From an uncultured delta proteobacterium (lineage in GTDB: Bacteria > Desulfobacterota > Desulfuromonadia > Desulfuromonadales > BM103), in the NCBI GenBank assembly GCA_963715335.1, contig CAVQRZ010000015.1:1-31616 (forward strand): a DNA stretch of 31,616 bases, in the 5' to 3' direction. Under the pieces are notes generated by a model. It was not told where the DNA came from, made no database searches, and saw only the letters and a list, made by a program, of their open reading frames with translations. Position numbers and translations under genes: made by a program. Below, piece by piece: positions 1 to 9,567 of this stretch. Positions within the stretch are counted from its first letter, which is position 1. Every line of letters begins with the position of its first letter.

Positions 1-14
1 GTTTCGTCACTCAT
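1..14 (-). CDS. Possible 5' end of a divergent gene running off the window (MSDET...)
   Basis: Minus strand reads aggaaaggcaaccta-ATGAGTGACGAAAC: purine-rich RBS-like tract followed by ATG at 14; too short to identify. Confidence 0.35.
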
Positions 15-159
15 TAGGTTGCCTTTCCTGATCATTGGATGTGGTCATTATAAGCATGTTTATTATCCCTGTCATGGCATAAGATGATGGCTAGCAGGTA
101 AACTGTGATTGCATACGGCAACCTTGTCCGATGATAGTGCCGTTGAACGGAATAAATTC

Positions 160-1401
160 ATGAAACAATATGATGTGATCGTGATCGGCGGCGGACCTGC
201 AGGGCTTTTTGCTGCAGGCTTTGCCGCCCGACAGGGCGCCGGGGTTCTGCTTCTGGAGAAGAACCGGCGATGCGGGGCGAAGATCCTGATAACCGGCAAG
301 GGCCGCTGCAACGTCACGTACGATGAGCAGGATCCGCGCAAGTTCGTGGAACACTTCGGTCGCAATGGCCGGGCATTACTGACCGCACTCTATGCTTTCG
401 GGGTCGCGGAGACTGTCGAGTTTTTTGCCGGCCATGGAGTCCCGCTCAAGGTTGAGCGCGGCGGGCGTATCTTTCCAGAGAGCGGCCTTGCCGAAGACGT
501 GCAGAAGGCCTTGGTCGACTTTGTGCGTGGCGAGGGGGTTGAGATCCGCACGGGGTGCGAGGTCAAAGGTCTCCTGGTCGACGCAGAGCGGGTTCGCGAA
601 ATTGAGACCTCCGACGGTAATTTCGCCGCGGACAAGGTCATCCTTGCTACAGGCGGGCTGTCTTACCCGGAAACCGGCTGTACCGGAGACGGCTACGCCT
701 GGGCGCAGGATTGCGGCCACCAGCTGGTCAAGCCTGGGCCGGCCCTGATGCCGGTCAAACTGAAAGAACACTGGACCTCCGAAGTCAGCAGATTTAACCT
801 CAAGAACGTCCGGATTAGCCTGTTTGTTGACGGCAAGCAGGTCGACGAACGCTTCGGCGAAGCCTTTTTTACCCGTTCAGGTATCGGCGGCCCGATCGTG
901 CTCGACCTGAGCAGTCGTATCCGCGATGCACTGAAGCAGGGCAAGGTAAAGCTGCAGCTCGATTTCAAACCGGCTGTCGTCGCCGAGCTGTTCGACAAGC
1001 GTTTGCAGCGGGAACTGGCCGAGCACAGCAACCTGGATTTCGGTAACTCCCTCGGCAAGCTTTTGCCTCGCGACTTGATCCCGATCTTTGTCAGGCTGGC
1101 CGGAATCGATCCTGCCAAGAAATGCCATTCGGTGACCCGCACGGAGCGACAGCGCCTGCTGAAGCTTTTCAAGGAGATGGATCTTGAAGTGACCGGCTGC
1201 GCAGGCTTTCGGCGCGCGATCATCACTTCCGGAGGCGTTTCACTCAAGGATATCGACATGCGCAGCATGCGTTCGAAGAAAATCTCAAACCTGTTCTTTG
1301 CCGGTGAGATCGTTGACCTGGACGGCCCCACCGGCGGCTTCAACCTGCAGGTCTGCTGGTCGACCGGCTACCTGGCCGGTCTTAAAGCCGCAGAGGAATA
1401 G
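160..1401 (+). CDS. NAD(P)/FAD-dependent oxidoreductase, HI0933/YhiN (BaiN-like) family
   Basis: N-terminal GGGPAG Rossmann motif, KILITGKGRCNVT, ATGGLSYPETGCTGDGY, and C-terminal FAGEIVDLDGPTGGFNLQ, all HI0933 family signatures. Start taken at ATG 160. Confidence 0.93.
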   Translation: MKQYDVIVIGGGPAGLFAAGFAARQGAGVLLLEKNRRCGAKILITGKGRCNVTYDEQDPRKFVEHFGRNGRALLTALYAFGVAETVEFFAGHGVPLKVERGGRIFPESGLAEDVQKALVDFVRGEGVEIRTGCEVKGLLVDAERVREIETSDGNFAADKVILATGGLSYPETGCTGDGYAWAQDCGHQLVKPGPALMPVKLKEHWTSEVSRFNLKNVRISLFVDGKQVDERFGEAFFTRSGIGGPIVLDLSSRIRDALKQGKVKLQLDFKPAVVAELFDKRLQRELAEHSNLDFGNSLGKLLPRDLIPIFVRLAGIDPAKKCHSVTRTERQRLLKLFKEMDLEVTGCAGFRRAIITSGGVSLKDIDMRSMRSKKISNLFFAGEIVDLDGPTGGFNLQVCWSTGYLAGLKAAEE

Positions 1402-1450
1402 TCGGCTCCCGGCTGTCGGGATGCTCACAAAATTCAGATTTCATATATAG

Positions 1451-1982
1451 AGAGTGCAACAGATGGTTAATCTGTTGCACTCTTTCTTTTCTTGAAATGC
1501 GTAAAAGCAAAACCGGCGGGTCGCGTCCCGCCAGACGCCATACTTTTGTCCGGCAACAAAAGTATGCAAAAGTGCCTTCTCCTTGCGGAGGGCATCTCCT
1601 CTGCCGGATGTCTGTGACGTCAAAAGCCTTTACTGATGGGGATCCGGCCCTGTGTCAAAGGGCCTGACCTTGCCGTGTGATTTACCAGGGAAAAGCCAAA
1701 ACAACCTCTACCGATGCAAGCCTCCACAGAAGGAGAGGCTCTCAAGAGCCTCGGCTCCTGCGGGGGAAGCGTAGCCTTTTGATCGTTTAGAACCATCCGG
1801 ATTGAGGTTGCCGCCTTGACGCGCCAGACATGCCCAGCGCAGCGCAGGCCCTTTTCTGCTTACTCTTTTAGGCCAGTAAAAGAGTAAGGCGCAGTCGGGG
1901 GGCGCAACCCCCGGGTTTTGATTTTGACTTTGAATTCCAGAATACAATAGCAAAGTGCAACAGATTAACCTTCTGTTGCACT
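1451..1982. mobile_element. Non-coding MITE-like element with self-palindromic terminal inverted repeats
   Basis: 1453-1481 agtgcaacagatggttaatctgttgcact is the reverse complement of 1954-1982 with one mismatch. Subterminal blocks (~1503-1575 and ~1846-1925) are also imperfect inverted copies. No credible ORF inside. Confidence 0.65.
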
Positions 1983-2177
1983 AAGATTCATAGCGCCCCA
2001 TCTGCCAAACCCAAAAAATCCCGCATTATGTGTAGGATCTGATCAACGATCTGAGGCCGGCCCACGGACTGCCCTTTGTTTATGGAAGCAAACCTGTTAT
2101 AACTTATAAACTTGTAAGTCACGCCAGAATGAACCTGGACTGAATTAATCGTCTGAACCGATAAAAGGGAGGAAAAC

Positions 2178-3209
2178 ATGCAGGATTGGGGCCAGGGTCC
2201 CTCGAGCGACGACCTGGAAAAGAAGGTCATCGAGATCAGGGACTATTTCAAGAACAAGTTCAACCCGCAAAAGGGTTTGCTGCCGATACTGGTCGTCGTT
2301 GTCCTGGTCGTTATCGGCGCCTACACCAGTATGTACGAAGTTGATACCGAAGAGACCGGTGTCGTCCTACGCTTCGGCAAGTTTTCCGGCTTCGCTGAAC
2401 CCGGGCTGCATTTCAAGCTGCCACTCGGCATTGACCGGGTGTACCTGGTGCAGACCGGTCGCGTCCTCAAGGAAGAGTTCGGTTTCCGCACGGTCACGCC
2501 GGATATCCGTTCGACTTTCACCAAGGGTGGTCTGGAAGAGGAATCCCTGACCCTGACCGGCGATCTTAACGTCAGTGATGTCGAGTGGATTGTGCAGTTC
2601 CAGATTTCCGACCCCTTCAAGTTTATCTTCCGTATCAAGGATCCGGTTGATACCATCCGTGACATTTCTGAAGCGATGGTGCGCAAGGCGATCGGCAATG
2701 CCAACGTCACCGAGGTCCTGACCACCGAGCGTGCCCAGCTTGCGAGTGACATTGAACGAGACCTGCAAGCCACTCTCAACCAGTACGATATTGGTGTGCG
2801 GATCGTTACGGTCAAATTCCAGGACGTGACCCCGCCTGACCCGGTCAAGGCGGCCTACAACGAGGTCAACGAGTCTGAACAACAGAGGGAGAGCCTGATT
2901 TTCCAGGCGCGCGAGCAGTACAACCGCGAAGTTCCGCGTGCCCGTGGCGAGGCAAAGCAAGCCCTGCAGGAGGCGGAAGGCTATGCTGTTGAGCGGGTCA
3001 ACAAGGCGCGAGGCGAGACCAACAGGTTTTTGGCGCTGCTCACTGAATATCGCAAGGCCCCCTCGGTGACCCGCAGCCGAATCTACCTTGAAACGCTTGA
3101 AGAGGTATTGCCGCGACTCGAGGAAATTTACGTTATGGACGACAAAACCGGCGGGTTGCTGCCGTTGCTGCCGCTGCGCAAGGCAATGGAAGGAGGGGCC
3201 AAACAATGA
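2178..3209 (+). CDS. hflK: FtsH protease modulator HflK (SPFH/band 7)
   Basis: TM segment followed by GVVLRFGK...PGLHFKLP, LTGDLNVSDVEWIVQFQI, AQGEA-like coiled region, YRKAPSVTRSRIYLETLEEVL; RBS gggaggaaaac. Confidence 0.95.
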   Translation: MQDWGQGPSSDDLEKKVIEIRDYFKNKFNPQKGLLPILVVVVLVVIGAYTSMYEVDTEETGVVLRFGKFSGFAEPGLHFKLPLGIDRVYLVQTGRVLKEEFGFRTVTPDIRSTFTKGGLEEESLTLTGDLNVSDVEWIVQFQISDPFKFIFRIKDPVDTIRDISEAMVRKAIGNANVTEVLTTERAQLASDIERDLQATLNQYDIGVRIVTVKFQDVTPPDPVKAAYNEVNESEQQRESLIFQAREQYNREVPRARGEAKQALQEAEGYAVERVNKARGETNRFLALLTEYRKAPSVTRSRIYLETLEEVLPRLEEIYVMDDKTGGLLPLLPLRKAMEGGAKQ

Positions 3210-4138
3210 AAGCACCTGTGATCTTTTTTGTTGTCATTGCCCTGATCTTTGTCGGCATGGATGGCCTTTACGTGGTTAATGAGGCGGAGCAGGCGATCGT
3301 CACCCAGTTCGGCAAGCCGGTCGGTGATGTGTCCGGCTCGGGGCTGCATCTGAAAGTCCCTTTCGTACAGAAAGTCACCCGTTTTGAAAAACGCATTCTG
3401 AAATGGGACGGCGACCCGAACCAGATCCCGACCAAGGACAAGCGCTTTATCTGGATCGATACCACGGCACGCTGGCGGATCAATGATCCGCTCCTGTTCT
3501 ACACCACGGTTGCCACCGAGCGTGGCGCCATGAGCCGCCTCGACGATATCATCGACTCCGTGGTGCGTGATGCCGTCTCCGGGCGCTTGCTGGTGGAACT
3601 GGTCCGTGGTCGCGACTACCAGTCCCAGGCGGGTGGAGGAGAAGAGCGCTTTGAGGTTGAAGGTGTGGAAATTGCCAAGGAGAACCTGGTTGGCCGTGAG
3701 GAGATCATGACCGGGATTCTCGAAAAGGCCCGAGCCAATACTCCTGAATACGGCATCGAACTGCTCGATGTCGTGATCAAGCGCATCAACTATGTCGAGC
3801 AGGTGCGGACTCGGGTCTACGAGCGCATGATCAACGAGCGCAAGAAGGTCGCCGCCCAGTATCGCTCGGAAGGCGAGGGCGAGAAGGCCGACATCCTCGG
3901 CCAGATGGAGCGTGAGCTCAAGACTATCAGTTCCGAAGCCTACCGCAAGGTGCTCGAGGTGCGCGGTGCCGCCGATGCCGAGGCGGCAGCAATATACGCA
4001 GAGGCATACAACAAGGACAAGGAGTTCTACGCTTTCCTGCGGACACTCGAATCTTACAGGAAGTCGATTAAGGAGAACGGCCGTTTGGTGATCTCCACCG
4101 ACTCAGACTACTACAGGTACCTGAAACAGGCTCAGTAG
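3206..4138 (+). CDS. hflC: FtsH protease modulator HflC
   Basis: EQAIVTQFGKPV, VYERMINERKKVAAQYRSEGEG, FYAFLRTLESY; ATGA overlap with hflK. Confidence 0.95.
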   Translation: MKAPVIFFVVIALIFVGMDGLYVVNEAEQAIVTQFGKPVGDVSGSGLHLKVPFVQKVTRFEKRILKWDGDPNQIPTKDKRFIWIDTTARWRINDPLLFYTTVATERGAMSRLDDIIDSVVRDAVSGRLLVELVRGRDYQSQAGGGEERFEVEGVEIAKENLVGREEIMTGILEKARANTPEYGIELLDVVIKRINYVEQVRTRVYERMINERKKVAAQYRSEGEGEKADILGQMERELKTISSEAYRKVLEVRGAADAEAAAIYAEAYNKDKEFYAFLRTLESYRKSIKENGRLVISTDSDYYRYLKQAQ

Positions 4139-4153
4139 TCCTGGCTTGAGAAG

Positions 4154-5137
4154 ATGACGCTGAGTTCTCGTCAAACGTACCGTGATCTGCTCGACAAGCT
4201 GGTCACACAGGACGTCGGGCAATACGCTTTTGACGTGCCGCTGTCCGGCCACAACAGCTGGCAGATCGGCGGCCCTGCCGATCTGCTGGTTGAGCCCGAC
4301 CGGGCTGAGCAGGTGGTCGCGGTTGTTCGCTTCGCCAGCCAATTCCGGATTCCCCTGGTCGTCATCGGCCAGGGGACCAATCTGCTCTTTGACGATGCCG
4401 GCCTGCGCGGCGTCGTGCTCAAGCTGGGCGAGAATTTTTCCACCATCAAAATCGAAGGAAACCACATCACCGCCGAGTCAGGGGCCTGGGTCCCGGGCTT
4501 GGCGCGCAAGGCGATGCTGGCCGGCCTGGCCGGGCTCGAGCACATAGTCGGCATCCCCGGCACGATAGGCGGGCTGGTCCTGATGAACGGTGGCAGTCAA
4601 CGCAAGGGCATCGGGGAGAATGTGCGCCGGGTCCAGTTTGTCAGCCGCGAGGGTGAGATGTGCGAGCTGAACCGCGAGGAGTGTGTATTCTCCTACCGGA
4701 AGAGCGCCCTGCAGGGGGTCGGCGCCGTGGTGGTCAAGGTTGAACTGGAATGCGAGCGCCTGGATTCACGACGAATCCGTCGCATGATGCTTGATGACCT
4801 GCGCGAGCGTCGACGCAAGTTTCCACGCAAGGAGCCGAATTGCGGCTCGGTCTTTTTAAGCACCAGTGAAATGCACGCGAGTGTCGGCCCGCCCGGGAAA
4901 ATTATCGAGGAGGCGGCTCTGAAGGGCTTTCGCATTGGCAATGCCGAAGTCTCGCGTCAACATGCCAACTTCATCGTCAATCGTGGCGGGGCCACATCCA
5001 GGGACGTGCTCGACCTGATCAGTCATATCCGTCGGACGGTCAGGGAAAGAATCAGTTTCGACCTTGACTGTGAAGTCCGTTATGTCAGCCCGGCCGGGAA
5101 CATTCTACCGGCGCACCTGGCTGGTCGACAGAACTGA
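4154..5137 (+). CDS. murB: UDP-N-acetylenolpyruvoylglucosamine reductase
   Basis: HNSWQIGGPAD, IGQGTNLLFDDAG, GLEHIVGIPGTIGG..MNGG, FSYRKS, PNCGSVF, VSRQHANFIVN. Confidence 0.9.
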   Translation: MTLSSRQTYRDLLDKLVTQDVGQYAFDVPLSGHNSWQIGGPADLLVEPDRAEQVVAVVRFASQFRIPLVVIGQGTNLLFDDAGLRGVVLKLGENFSTIKIEGNHITAESGAWVPGLARKAMLAGLAGLEHIVGIPGTIGGLVLMNGGSQRKGIGENVRRVQFVSREGEMCELNREECVFSYRKSALQGVGAVVVKVELECERLDSRRIRRMMLDDLRERRRKFPRKEPNCGSVFLSTSEMHASVGPPGKIIEEAALKGFRIGNAEVSRQHANFIVNRGGATSRDVLDLISHIRRTVRERISFDLDCEVRYVSPAGNILPAHLAGRQN

Positions 5138-5531
5138 TTGCCTCGACAACAGCCCCGACCTGTTCCACCCATTCCAGCACATCGGTCAGTCGAAAAGGTT
5201 TTCTGAGCACATGCAGACCTTCTCCCCTGATCTGTGTTTCCTCCTCATCGGTCATGGTGCTGCTCATGATTGCCTTGCTGCACAATGGAATTTTACAGCC
5301 ATTTTCAGTCAAACCGGTCAGGGCTTCGACGACGGAGGCAGCGGGCCTCTTCATGTTGACAATGACCGCATCGGCACAAGCTGTGCCAGACGGGCACTGG
5401 TTGTCGCCGAGGAGATTGAAGGAACAGATGTGTGGTTCGGGGAAGGCCCGGACTTCATGACCATGATTGGTCAGGAGGGTTTTCAGTCTCTCCAGGGTTG
5501 ATCTGTCGTTGTCGAAGATAGTGACTTTCAC
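5085..5531 (-). CDS. Atypical single-domain response regulator receiver with Cys-rich insert
   Basis: VTIFDND...GHEV...DAVIVNMKRP...MSS...LRKPF receiver pattern; Asn at the phosphoacceptor position. GTG start at 5531 follows gggga; ATG 5546 is an alternative. The 3' end overlaps murB. Confidence 0.7.
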   Translation of the reverse strand: MKVTIFDNDRSTLERLKTLLTNHGHEVRAFPEPHICSFNLLGDNQCPSGTACADAVIVNMKRPAASVVEALTGLTENGCKIPLCSKAIMSSTMTDEEETQIRGEGLHVLRKPFRLTDVLEWVEQVGAVVEAISSVDQPGAPVECSRPG

Positions 5532-5773
5532 GGCGATATTCCCCATACCAATGCACACGATATATATACGTTTGTGCATTTTTCGAGCCTTTCCGTGTAA
5601 CATGCTGAAATAATGGAGTTGTTACTGTTCTCGGGGGGCACATGGCCGTCAATTGACGGACTGTCACATGTGCAGATCTCAGGGTTTCGGTGTTTTGCCT
5701 GGATTTGTCCTGATCATCGATTTCGGTGTATCATGAAGTGTCAATACTGGTTACGAACTGTCAGGACGATAAG

Positions 5774-6079
5774 ATGACCGATCGAAATGAGATTGTTCTG
5801 GAAACCGAAAACGTCCGTGTCCGCATCATGTCCCTCGAAAACGGCGCGGCGACGGCGTGGCATTATCACACCGAGGTAACGGACAGCATGTTCTGCCTGG
5901 ACGGGCCTGTTGCCGTTGAATTCCGCAACCCCGACGCATGTATCGAACTCGTCAATGGCCAGCACTGTGATGTTTCTGTCAAACGGGTGCACAGAGTTGT
6001 CAACCTGAGTACACGGCAAGCTAAATATCTTTTGGTCCAAGGTATTGGACACTATGATTTTAACGTGGTGGAGAAATGA
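5774..6079 (+). CDS. Cupin domain protein
   Basis: WHYHTEVTD..FCLDG and a second-motif VHRVVN. Confidence 0.85.
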   Translation: MTDRNEIVLETENVRVRIMSLENGAATAWHYHTEVTDSMFCLDGPVAVEFRNPDACIELVNGQHCDVSVKRVHRVVNLSTRQAKYLLVQGIGHYDFNVVEK

Positions 6080-6373
6080 GGGCCGGGAATGTTTAACTGT
6101 TTTTTGATTTTACTGTAGAAGTTTCCCCGGAACAACGCGCTAATATACCGTCCTCGGGGTTGAAAAGAGAGTCCTGCAAATCCTGGGATGATACCGTAAT
6201 TCAGTTTTTAGGAAAGCCCCAATCCGGAAAAACCGGATGGGGGTTAATTTTGTCGAAAATAATGAATCATAAGATCTAATCAGAGCTCCCCTGCTTAAAA
6301 ACAACCAGTGAGCCATGGATTCAGGTGTTAATATTTCAAAGTCCTTTAAACTTTTTAATATGAGTTCCTGACT

Positions 6374-7846
6374 TCAGTCCACGGGGAACTCAAGCCTAAC
6401 GGTGCATCCACCCCCTGGGGTTTCTTCTAACTGGAGATTCCCTTTAAGTCTTTGCACGATTTTGTGGACCGTCGCCAGCCCAATTCCTGTTCCACTAACG
6501 CGGCCAGATGTCGACCCTCGAACAAAAGGATTCAATACTGACTCCCGCTCCTGTTCTGGAATACCAGATCCGTGGTCAATGATTAAGAGAGAATGGCGTT
6601 CGCCGTTCGTTTCACCCCGGACTTCCACCAGTCCTCCCTGTTCACACCCATAGCGTATGGCATTCAATAACAAGTTGCTAAACAACTCGTACAGTAGCGT
6701 TTCGGGGATCTTCAGTTGCGGCAAGCCACCGTTATCTATGAGCGCTTTCTTTGCTTCGATCTCAAATCTATTATCCAGTAATACTTGTAAGACAATCTCA
6801 TTGGTGTTAACGGGAATGTCCGTGAGTACAACGTGGTCCACGGTCGAGTAGCACAACATATCCTCTATTATGTTTAACATTCGGCCGGCTTGGTTTTCAA
6901 TTTCCCCCAACATTTTAAGCCCGTCACCTCTAAGTTCCTCTCCATATTTTTCTTTGATGAGCTCGATATAGCAACCGACTCCAGTAAGAGGAGACCGCAG
7001 GTCATGCGACACGGTGTGAGCAAAAGAATCAAGTTGCTTGTTCACCTCAGTCAATTTTTCTAAAGCCTCTTTGCGCTCAGTAATATCACGGCAGACCGCG
7101 AGTTTCTGAATGTCTCCTCGTGGGCCATGCACCGGCGAATGGATCACTTCATAGACGCGGTTATGTGGTTTGAAGTCACACTCTTCTATAACAGCACCAC
7201 TAACAATCTTTCCCCAGGGACAATCTTTACAGGGAGCTTTACGACCATGGATAACTTCGTAACATCTTTCCCCGTGTTTTGCGCCAAAGACCTTCTCCAT
7301 TGCTTTATTGAAGAAATCAATACGCAAATCCGCCGTGACGATATAGGCCATATCGGTCATACCGTCCAGGATTGAGCGTAACCCGGCTCTTTCCTCCTGC
7401 AGGGCGGAAGTCCGACTTTTAACAAGTTCTTCAAGTTGTTCGCTATGGACACGAAGTTTGCCCTCTAGTTCTTTTTGTGTGGTTACATCAATAAAGGTTT
7501 CAATGCCGCCGATCACCTCACCATCCAGACGTAGAAAATCGATGTTTTTATTAATGACAATCTTTCGGCCGGCCTTGGTGTGAATTTCACATTCTGCACC
7601 AATAATAGGTTTTTCTGGAGTTCCGGCGTCATAAAGGCCGCAACCACGGCCACATTCAATCCCCTCAAGGATTGAACAATTGTTACCGACAACCTCTGAA
7701 GATGAATAGCCTGTTATTCTTTCTGCTTCGCTGTTCCAGTAGACAATATTACGTTCGGCATCAACCAGAAAAAGCCCACTAGGAATTGTTTCCAGTATCT
7801 GGTCTTTGGAAAGGACTTCTAATAGTCGACTGTTACGAAGCTTCAT
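6374..7846 (-). CDS. Cytoplasmic two-PAS sensor histidine kinase
   Basis: Two PAS domains, H-box FAHTVSHDLRSPL, N-box NLLLNAIRY, DHGSGI and GTGIGL G boxes; no TM segment. Confidence 0.92.
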   Translation of the reverse strand: MKLRNSRLLEVLSKDQILETIPSGLFLVDAERNIVYWNSEAERITGYSSSEVVGNNCSILEGIECGRGCGLYDAGTPEKPIIGAECEIHTKAGRKIVINKNIDFLRLDGEVIGGIETFIDVTTQKELEGKLRVHSEQLEELVKSRTSALQEERAGLRSILDGMTDMAYIVTADLRIDFFNKAMEKVFGAKHGERCYEVIHGRKAPCKDCPWGKIVSGAVIEECDFKPHNRVYEVIHSPVHGPRGDIQKLAVCRDITERKEALEKLTEVNKQLDSFAHTVSHDLRSPLTGVGCYIELIKEKYGEELRGDGLKMLGEIENQAGRMLNIIEDMLCYSTVDHVVLTDIPVNTNEIVLQVLLDNRFEIEAKKALIDNGGLPQLKIPETLLYELFSNLLLNAIRYGCEQGGLVEVRGETNGERHSLLIIDHGSGIPEQERESVLNPFVRGSTSGRVSGTGIGLATVHKIVQRLKGNLQLEETPGGGCTVRLEFPVD

Positions 7847-8198
7847 GAGAACCCTTTTTGAGAACAACGCATAGTGACTAAGTAAACGGAGTGCGATTTA
7901 ACGTTGCCAATTTACATCAGTAAACAGACGAGGTCAAAGGAGAGAGTGGCTTATTTATATTGATACAATGCTGCAGGGTACTCAGATTGGCTGAAATACG
8001 AAAATTTTACTGACCCTGACTAACAAGAACAGCCAGCCGTTCCTGGATGGCCTTTTCTGTTAGGATTAAATGCTATCTCGGGAAGGCTAGAATCTCCATA
8101 GAAAATAGAAGTCGGTGAGGAGTGACCAGCTTTAGAGTTAAATCTTCAAACACAACCACCGTGGAAGTAACTGGCAGAGCATCCCTGAGACAGACATA

Positions 8199-8227
8199 TT
8201 GACAAAATCTCAACATGACTATATTAA
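8199..8227 (+). promoter_or_regulatory. Putative sigma70 promoter
   Basis: TTGACA (8199-8204), 17 nt spacer, TATTAA, upstream of RBS taaggagg. Confidence 0.45.
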
Positions 8228-8269
8228 TTATTTTTAAATATTTTTTCTATATTTAAGGAGGTCCCCTCG

Positions 8270-9109
8270 ATGCCCAGAAAAATTCTTCTATCTTTCCTAA
8301 TTATTGCTACGCTCGGTTTAACAGTCTGTGGTTTTGCTCTCAGCGAAACGGACCATCTTAAATCGGCCGGTTGCAAGACCGAGATTTATCTCCTGAAAGA
8401 TATCGCAGAGGCATACAAGGCACAGACTGGCAAGTCAATCCGCCTGGGCGGCACTGGAAACAAAACAGCTGTCGACCTACTGCTGGAAGAGAAGGTTGAC
8501 TTCACCTTTACCTGCAAACCAGTTGATAAGTTGGCCAAGGGGATGAAGCTCGACAAAGAACAAGTCTCCTCATGGCAAAGCATTGCCCTTGCCAAAGACC
8601 CCGTCGTGATCGTTGCAAACCGCGACAATGGGATCACGAACCTCACGACAGACGAATTGACAAAAATTTTCCAAGGAGAAATCAGCAACTGGCGAGAGCT
8701 CAAAGGCAATAATTTGCCGGTTTTTCCCGCCTACCTCTCAGACGACCTGGAAAGTGGCCTTGTCTTATTGTTCAAAGAGTTCACAGTGGGGGACAAAGGC
8801 GAGTTGACTGACAACGCGATGAAAGCCAAAGCGCCCGATATGCTAGGCAACTACACATCAGTGACACCAGGTGCAATCAGTTTTATGAATTTTAATGCCT
8901 ATGATGAAAAATATGGCAAGATCCTTAAAGTGAATGGAATTCTGCCAAATGAGGAAAATATCCGCAACGGGACCTATCCCTTAACCGCTACCTATTTCCT
9001 GACGATTGATGGCAGGAACAACCTTGCCGTAGCAGAATTCATTGCTTTTACTAAGTCGGAGAGTGGGCAAAACGCAATCAACAAGAATTACATCTCAGTT
9101 TCTGAGTAA
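8270..9109 (+). CDS. PstS-like (PBP type 2) periplasmic substrate-binding protein
   Basis: Signal peptide, LAKDPVVIVANRDNGITNLTTDELTKIFQGEISNWREL, ENIRNGTYPL, FTKSESGQ. Confidence 0.85.
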   Translation: MPRKILLSFLIIATLGLTVCGFALSETDHLKSAGCKTEIYLLKDIAEAYKAQTGKSIRLGGTGNKTAVDLLLEEKVDFTFTCKPVDKLAKGMKLDKEQVSSWQSIALAKDPVVIVANRDNGITNLTTDELTKIFQGEISNWRELKGNNLPVFPAYLSDDLESGLVLLFKEFTVGDKGELTDNAMKAKAPDMLGNYTSVTPGAISFMNFNAYDEKYGKILKVNGILPNEENIRNGTYPLTATYFLTIDGRNNLAVAEFIAFTKSESGQNAINKNYISVSE

Positions 9110-9216
9110 AGATTGGTACTGATTATTAGGACGGTAGGGGGTGCCCAAAATTCATTCTTCGCTCACGTCCATTCAGGAAATTATTTCGACGGAGTCTTCT
9201 ATGGTAGGTGAGCGCA

Positions 9217-9285
9217 CAGGGTGCGGAGCGAACGCTACTACTTTGGGCGCAGGGGGGACTGGTTGAAATCCAATCATCCCGACCA
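9217..9285 (+). pseudogene. Degenerate tRNA-Pro(TGG)
   Basis: cagggtg...ctttgggcgcaggggggactggttgaaatccaatcatcccgacca resembles tRNA-Pro (TTTGGG anticodon loop, GGTT.AAATCC T-arm, CCCGACCA end). The D-arm is disrupted and TTC is mutated. Confidence 0.65.
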
Positions 9286-9567
9286 TCTTTAAATGAGAGC
9301 GACTTTCCCGGGGTCACACTTTTTTTCTTCCGGGCCATGTCTGGTCCGAAGTCTTCTCTATCGGACAAACTGAATGTTCTAAAAATGACGTCTTTTGTGC
9401 TCTGGTCTTGGGGTTTGTTTCCGGGTTATCTCTGGGGTGTTTTGGAAATGTCACTGAATACTTGTTTTCAACAAATCTTACCGTACAATGAAATTGAGAT
9501 TCTTTAATCTTGGTCAAACAGTAAGGACCACCTACGGATTCTTACTGAAATCCGAGAGGAGAAAAGT

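Noticed and set aside
9217..9285. Functional tRNA gene
   Set aside because: Too short, the D-arm is not formable, and the T-loop TTC is mutated.
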